Assembly (NCBI GenBank): GCA_963719445.1
Contig: OY970385.1
Location: 5,249,760 to 5,313,759 of the forward strand
Length of the DNA stretch: 64,000 nucleotides
Direction of reading: 5' to 3'
Source of the DNA: Bryobacterales bacterium
GTDB lineage: Bacteria; Acidobacteriota; Terriglobia; Bryobacterales; Bryobacteraceae
Every line of letters starts with the position of its first letter. The stretch's first letter is position 1. The translations under genes and the position numbers were made by a program. The notes below the pieces were generated by a model that was not told where the DNA came from, ran no database searches, and was given only the letters and a program-made list of their open reading frames with translations. Positions 59,621 through 64,000 of this stretch are shown here, one piece after another.

Positions 59621-60617
59621 GGCTCGCCTCCGCCAGGCGCGCGGCTTCGGCAAGGCTCTTCTCGAAGACCAGGTCCCGGCCCGTGATGGCGAGCTCGGTC
59701 CCGAGCAGCTCGGCCTCGCTCAGCCGTGGCGCGGCGGTGCAGTTCTTGAGCGAACCGATCTCGATCAGGATGGCCGTCCCCTCCGCGCGCTGGATGGATA
59801 CCGCCTCCGTGCCCGCCTCGAGCACGATCCCCTCGATGCCGCCGCCCACCGGCGCGACCACCTCGAAAACGGCCTCAATGTCGCGGCGGCCCAGGGTGGC
59901 CAGCACCCAACCCGCGAGGTAGTATGCCGTCGAAGGCGCGGCGCTCGCCGAGTACAGCACGCGGACGCGCGTCAGACGCGGGATCGACTCCCGCCGGACG
60001 GGATCCTCGAAGATCTCCGCCACGATTTCGCGCCACCGCGTCACACTGGTCCAGGCCAGATCGGCCACGCGGCCGCCGCTCCCAGCGGACGCGCGCGCCA
60101 GCAGGGCCAGCGGAGGGCGAGAATCCGGGAAATCCCGCGAGTCCACGATAATCCGGTCCGCCCGCGCCTGTAGCCTTTCGAGCGCCGGAAGGCCGAACAA
60201 CCGCGGGCTGCGGCACCAGACGGCCACCGGCAAATCGGGCGCGGTGATCGCCAGCAGGACCGGTTCGGCATCCGCCAGGCTCGCATCGGCCGCGGTGATT
60301 TCCACCTGCTCGCAACAGATCTGCCGCTGCCGGCCGAACGGCCTCCAGCATTGCGCCGTGACTCGAGATTCGAGAAAAGGCTCTGAGCCGCTCCGCACGC
60401 GCACGATGACCGCGCGGTTCGGGTAATCCTGCATCACCTGGCCCAGCGTCTGCGCAATTCTCGTTGGGTCCTCGCTCTCATCGGCCAGCACGATCACCGT
60501 CATCGCGCAGGCGCGCAGCACGCTCTGTCCCTCCCCCGGCGCCGATTCCCGGGCGAGCGATGCCCACAACGAGTGCAGGTCCTTCAGGATCCTTTCCGGT
60601 GATACCGCCGGCGTCAC
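59610..60617 (-). CDS. opcA: Glucose-6-phosphate dehydrogenase assembly protein OpcA
   Basis: Position between zwf and pgl. OpcA-like sequence (ILKDLHSLWA...VLRACAMTVIVL...DLAWTSVTRWRE). GTG 60617 overlaps the zwf stop (GTGA). An alternative GTG lies at 60629. Confidence 0.8.
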   Translation of the reverse strand: MTPAVSPERILKDLHSLWASLARESAPGEGQSVLRACAMTVIVLADESEDPTRIAQTLGQVMQDYPNRAVIVRVRSGSEPFLESRVTAQCWRPFGRQRQICCEQVEITAADASLADAEPVLLAITAPDLPVAVWCRSPRLFGLPALERLQARADRIIVDSRDFPDSRPPLALLARASAGSGGRVADLAWTSVTRWREIVAEIFEDPVRRESIPRLTRVRVLYSASAAPSTAYYLAGWVLATLGRRDIEAVFEVVAPVGGGIEGIVLEAGTEAVSIQRAEGTAILIEIGSLKNCTAAPRLSEAELLGTELAITGRDLVFEKSLAEAARLAEASHAF

Positions 60618-62149
60618 GGATTCCTCCACGCGTGCCCATGCCGCGCCAGCATCTCGTCCGCGGCTTGCGGCCCCCACGTTCCTGCGGCGTAGTTCGGGTA
60701 CTCGAACCGCTGGCCTGCCCAGACCTCCAGAACCGGCTCGACAATCGCCCAGCTTGCCTCTACCGCGTCCTGGCGGATGTAAAGCGTCGAATCGCCCAGC
60801 ATCGCATCCAGCAGCAGCGTCTCGTAAGCGCTCGGCTCGCGCGCTCCGAAGCTGGCGCCGTAATCGAAATCCATCGAAACCGGCCGCAGCCGCATGCCCG
60901 CGCCCGGCTGCTTCGAGACGAACCGCAGCGAAAGCCCTTCTTCGGGTTGTATGCGGATGATGAGCAGGTCGGGCTCGATCGCCGAACCGTTCGCGCCGGC
61001 GCCGGCGAACGGGGCGTGCGGCGCGGCGTTGAAGTGGATGGCGATGTCGGTCACCTGCCGCGGCAGGCGTTTTCCGGTCCGCAAGTAGAACGGCACGCCG
61101 GCCCAGCGCCAGTTCTCGACAAAGAGCGTCACGGCGGCGTAGGTCACGGTCGGGGAATCCGGCTGGACGCCCGGCTCCTCGCGAAAGCCGGCGACCTCGG
61201 CCCCGCCGATCCGCGCCCTCCCGTACTGCCCGGGCACCGCGTTGACCGCCACTTCCTCGGGCTTCATGATGCGCACCGACCGCAACAGCTTGGCCCGCTC
61301 ATCCCGCACCGCGGTGGCTTCATAGGTCGGCGGCGGTTCCATGGCGACCGTGGACATGACCTGCAACAAGTGGTTCTGTATCATGTCACGCAGCGCGCCC
61401 GCTTCCTGATAGTACCCGCCCCGGCCCTCCACGCCGATCGATTCCGCGGCCGTGATCTGCACTTGGCTGATGTATCGCCGGTTCCAGATCGGTTCGAAGA
61501 TCCCGTTGGCAAAGCGGAACACGAAGATGTTCTGGACGGTCTCCTTGCCCAGGTAGTGGTCTATGCGGTAGACGGCGGACTCCGGGAACACGAGGCCGAT
61601 GGCCTCGTTCAACTCTCGGGCGCTGGCCAGGTCGTGCCCGAAAGGCTTCTCGATCACCAGCCGCCGCCAGCCGTTGCCGCGCGCCAGACCCGCCGCTCCG
61701 ATCCCCGCGGCGGCCGTCTCATACTGGCTCGGCTGGAGTGAGAGATAGAAGAGGACATTGCCGCCGGTCTCGAAGCGCCGCTCGACCTCGGCGAGTTTTT
61801 CGCCGATCCGCCGGTAGAGTCCGGCATCGCCGGTATCGCCTGCGACGTAGAACAACTTGCTGGCGAAGGCGCTCCAGAGCTCCTCGTCGAGCGGGCCCGC
61901 GCCGAGGAATCTGGCCAGCGCGCCGCCGATCTTCTCTCGAAACTGCTCGTCGCTGAGCGGCGTGCGCGACGTGCCGATCACCGCAAAGCTCGGCGGCAGG
62001 CGCCGCTCCGAGGCCAGGCTGTATAGCGCCGGCATCAATTTGCGGCGGGTCAGATCCCCATTAGCCCCGAAGATCACGATGGCGCAGGGCGGTACGCGCC
62101 GCTCGAACCGCAGAGAATCCTGGAACGGATTTTCCTGGGTCACGTTCAC
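60614..62149 (-). CDS. zwf: Glucose-6-phosphate 1-dehydrogenase
   Basis: IVIFGANGDLTRRKLMPALY...RIDHYLGKETVQNI (the G6PD active-site signature)...ALRDMIQNHLLQ. Confidence 0.95.
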   Translation of the reverse strand: MNVTQENPFQDSLRFERRVPPCAIVIFGANGDLTRRKLMPALYSLASERRLPPSFAVIGTSRTPLSDEQFREKIGGALARFLGAGPLDEELWSAFASKLFYVAGDTGDAGLYRRIGEKLAEVERRFETGGNVLFYLSLQPSQYETAAAGIGAAGLARGNGWRRLVIEKPFGHDLASARELNEAIGLVFPESAVYRIDHYLGKETVQNIFVFRFANGIFEPIWNRRYISQVQITAAESIGVEGRGGYYQEAGALRDMIQNHLLQVMSTVAMEPPPTYEATAVRDERAKLLRSVRIMKPEEVAVNAVPGQYGRARIGGAEVAGFREEPGVQPDSPTVTYAAVTLFVENWRWAGVPFYLRTGKRLPRQVTDIAIHFNAAPHAPFAGAGANGSAIEPDLLIIRIQPEEGLSLRFVSKQPGAGMRLRPVSMDFDYGASFGAREPSAYETLLLDAMLGDSTLYIRQDAVEASWAIVEPVLEVWAGQRFEYPNYAAGTWGPQAADEMLARHGHAWRNP

Positions 62150-62236
62150 AACTTAGCACGGCGTGGGGCCGGCGACGCGGAAATGACGGACCATAGCCCT
62201 GGCGGCTCCATAAGCCCGGACGCGTTCGAACGGCAG

Positions 62237-62545
62237 TCAGGCGGCTTCCCGTTTGCGCACCGTCTTGGCGATCTCCTCGCCGGCGGTCCTCCGGGCGATG
62301 CGCAGGTCGTACTCGGACTGCAGGTTCAGCCAGGTCTGGGGCGTCACCCCAAAATAGGCGCCAAGCCTCAGCGCGGTGTCCGCGGTAATGGCCCGGGTGC
62401 CCTTAACAATGCCATGAATGCGATTCGGGGGGACATGCAGATCGCGAGCGAGACGGTTGATGCTGATGCCCAGTGGCCTCATGAAGTCCTCGCTCAGAAT
62501 CTCACCCGGATGGATTGGATCGAGCACTCTTGCACTCTTAGCCAT
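62237..62545 (-). CDS. higA: HigA-family antitoxin (XRE HTH, VapI-like)
   Basis: MAKSARVLDPIHPGEILSEDFMRPLGISINRLARDLHVPPNRIHGIVKGTRAITADTALRLGAYFGVTPQTWLNLQSEYDL. ATG 62545 is preceded by GAGGA. TTG 62557 is the alternative start. Confidence 0.85.
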   Translation of the reverse strand: MAKSARVLDPIHPGEILSEDFMRPLGISINRLARDLHVPPNRIHGIVKGTRAITADTALRLGAYFGVTPQTWLNLQSEYDLRIARRTAGEEIAKTVRKREAA

Positions 62546-62553
62546 AAGCGTCC

Positions 62554-62832
62554 TCAATGATAATCGACGATTTCGACGTCATGCGCCTCGTTGCCGCGCC
62601 AGACGAAGCAGATCCTCCATTGGTCGTTAATCCGGACGCGGTGCTGCCCGGCTCGACCACCCTTCAAAGCCTCGAGGCGGTTACCGGGAGGAACGCGAAG
62701 GTCCTCCAGGCGTCCCGCCGCGTGAAGGTAGAGTAGCTTACGGCGCGCCGCTCGCTCGATCGCCCGGAACCTGGGCACGCTCCGTTCCAGGAAGAGAGCC
62801 TCGGTATCGTGGCATCGAAACGAGTGGATCAA
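62554..62832 (-). CDS. higB: HigB-family toxin (plasmid-maintenance killer protein, RelE/ParE superfamily)
   Basis: MIHSFRCHDTEALF...RKLLYLHAA..LEDLRVPPGNRLEALKGGRAGQHRVRINDQWRICFVW.GNEAHDVEIVDYH. Canonical HigB sequence upstream of higA. Confidence 0.85.
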   Translation of the reverse strand: MIHSFRCHDTEALFLERSVPRFRAIERAARRKLLYLHAAGRLEDLRVPPGNRLEALKGGRAGQHRVRINDQWRICFVWRGNEAHDVEIVDYH

Positions 62833-63094
62833 GATCCAGTGTATGACGTGCCAGGTATTCCGTCAAGCGGAATAGCTCCAAAACAGTGGAAAAGCGAGCG
62901 AGCGCCGTTCGCCGGCCAGGTGGCGCGGCCCGCCCGGGGTCACCGGCCGCGGAGCGCAGCGCACCTCAGAAGCGCGCCTCTGCTTGCGCCCCCTTGCTGA
63001 AACAGGCTACGATGAGGCTTACCCTCCGAAGTATTCAACCGTAGTGGAACTTTAGCAGTGTAATGGGTGCGAGGAACCCGTCTGGCGATTTTGT

Positions 63095-63475
63095 ATGCAG
63101 AAACAGCCTAAGAAAATCCTGGCCGCGGTGGAAGACCTGTTTTTTACGGTGAAGCTTTCCGACGCCGCCAGGCGCGCCGGCCTCCTGGTGGAGTTCATCA
63201 AAAACGACAAAGAGCTTCTGGAGAAGGCCAGGAATGAGAAACCCTCCCTGATCATCTTCGACCTCAATTTTGGCGCCATGCAGCCCCTGAAGGTTATTTC
63301 GAAGTTGAAGGGCAATGCGGAGCTAAAATCCATCAGCCTGATCGGCTACCTGTCGCACGTGCAGGGGGAATTGAAGCAAAAAGCCCACGAAACCGGTTGC
63401 GACATGGTGCTCGCCCGGTCGGCCCTGTCGCAGAACCTGCCCCTCATCCTGAAGCGCCACGCCGGAACCCCGTAG
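63095..63475 (+). CDS. Receiver-like single-domain protein with degenerate phosphorylation pocket
   Basis: CheY-like spacing (ILAAVEDLFF...LIIFDLNF...LIGYLSH...DMVLARS). The acidic pair reads ED instead of DD, and the conserved Lys-Pro position reads Ala-Arg. GC content is lower than in neighbouring genes. Confidence 0.6.
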   Translation: MQKQPKKILAAVEDLFFTVKLSDAARRAGLLVEFIKNDKELLEKARNEKPSLIIFDLNFGAMQPLKVISKLKGNAELKSISLIGYLSHVQGELKQKAHETGCDMVLARSALSQNLPLILKRHAGTP

Positions 63476-63493
63476 GACGAGCTTCAGCTTGTC

Positions 63494-64000
63494 CTACCGC
63501 GTGAACGCCGCCAGCTCTTCCACCTTCCGCCACGCCGCGCCGCTATCGATCGATTCCGCCGCAACCGCCATCCCCTCGGCGAAGTCTCCTGCCCGCTCGG
63601 CCACCACCAGCGCCGCCGCCGCGTTCACCAGCACCACGTCCCGCTTCGGACCGCGCGCGCCCGCCAGGATCGCACGCGCGATCTCGCAGTTCTCCTCCGG
63701 CTCGCCACCCTTCAATTCCTCGAGCGGTGCCGGCTCTACGCCGAAATCCGCCGGCGCGAGCGTGCGGCGGCTCACTTCGCCGCGCCGGATCTCGTAAGCC
63801 AGCGTCGGGCCAGTGGTCGTGATCTCATCCAGACCGTCCGACCCGTACACCACAAACCCGCGCTCCAGTCCGAGCGCCGCCAGCGCCTCCGCCATCAGGC
63901 CCGCCGCTTCCTCCGACGGCGCGCCCGCCAGTTGCGCCGTCGCCCCCGCCGGATTCGTCAGCGGGCCGAGCAGGTTGAATACCGTCCGCATCTTCAACTC
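63494..64000 (-). CDS. trpD: Anthranilate phosphoribosyltransferase, C-terminal part (gene continues beyond the window end)
   Basis: RTVFNLLGPLTNPAGA...GFVVYGSDGLDEITTTGPT...LKGG.PEENCEIARAIL.G..GPKRDVVLVNAAAAL. Confidence 0.9.
   Translation of the reverse strand, partial: ELKMRTVFNLLGPLTNPAGATAQLAGAPSEEAAGLMAEALAALGLERGFVVYGSDGLDEITTTGPTLAYEIRRGEVSRRTLAPADFGVEPAPLEELKGGEPEENCEIARAILAGARGPKRDVVLVNAAAALVVAERAGDFAEGMAVAAESIDSGAAWRKVEELAAFTR

Noticed and set aside
55681-61741. Several 350-430-aa antisense ORFs (55681-56976, 57201-58352, 60464-61741)
   Set aside because: They shadow the GH-A hydrolase, the M20 peptidase and zwf respectively. All three sense genes carry diagnostic active-site motifs.

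Overview
High-GC bacterial chromosome segment, most likely Acidobacteriota. The main support is four tandem paralogues with the N-terminal signature of the VWFA-related Acidobacterial domain, plus scattered GC-rich REP-like hairpins. I call about 60 genes. Most are housekeeping: gltBD with a divergent LysR regulator, Fe/Mn superoxide dismutase, ruvX-mltG, pit with its DUF47 partner, ttcA, rsmB, rpe, bamD, yajQ, purB, purS, zwf-opcA-pgl, a trpD fragment and tRNA-Val(CAC). Accessory material is concentrated in five places. (1) Positions 1-5134 hold a nest of four insertion sequences, with two near-identical IS5/IS1182-like copies capping both tips of an IS701-like element and CTAG at every junction, directly next to an IS630-like element. 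(2) Positions 7802-16803 hold a five-gene operon of four secreted VWA paralogues plus a TPR protein. (3) A toxin-antitoxin cassette with a frameshifted toxin is bracketed by an about 140-bp duplication of the sod 3' end, followed by an orphan ORF and about 490 bp of non-coding DNA. (4) Positions 29313-35365 hold a synthase-type exopolysaccharide locus with a 1330-aa fused deacetylase-like/glycosidase-like protein. (5) An AbiE (AbiEi/AbiEii) islet sits immediately 3' of tRNA-Val. Other items worth a look are a cheY-cheX-cheW-fliM mini-cluster with no cheA or receptor in the window, a second higBA pair, two families of structured intergenic repeats (one copy lies inside a coding region), and a 600-bp gene-free gap with terminator-like hairpins. 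No CRISPR array, rRNA or prophage was seen. All product calls come from reading the translated ORFs and recognising family motifs. No database search was run.
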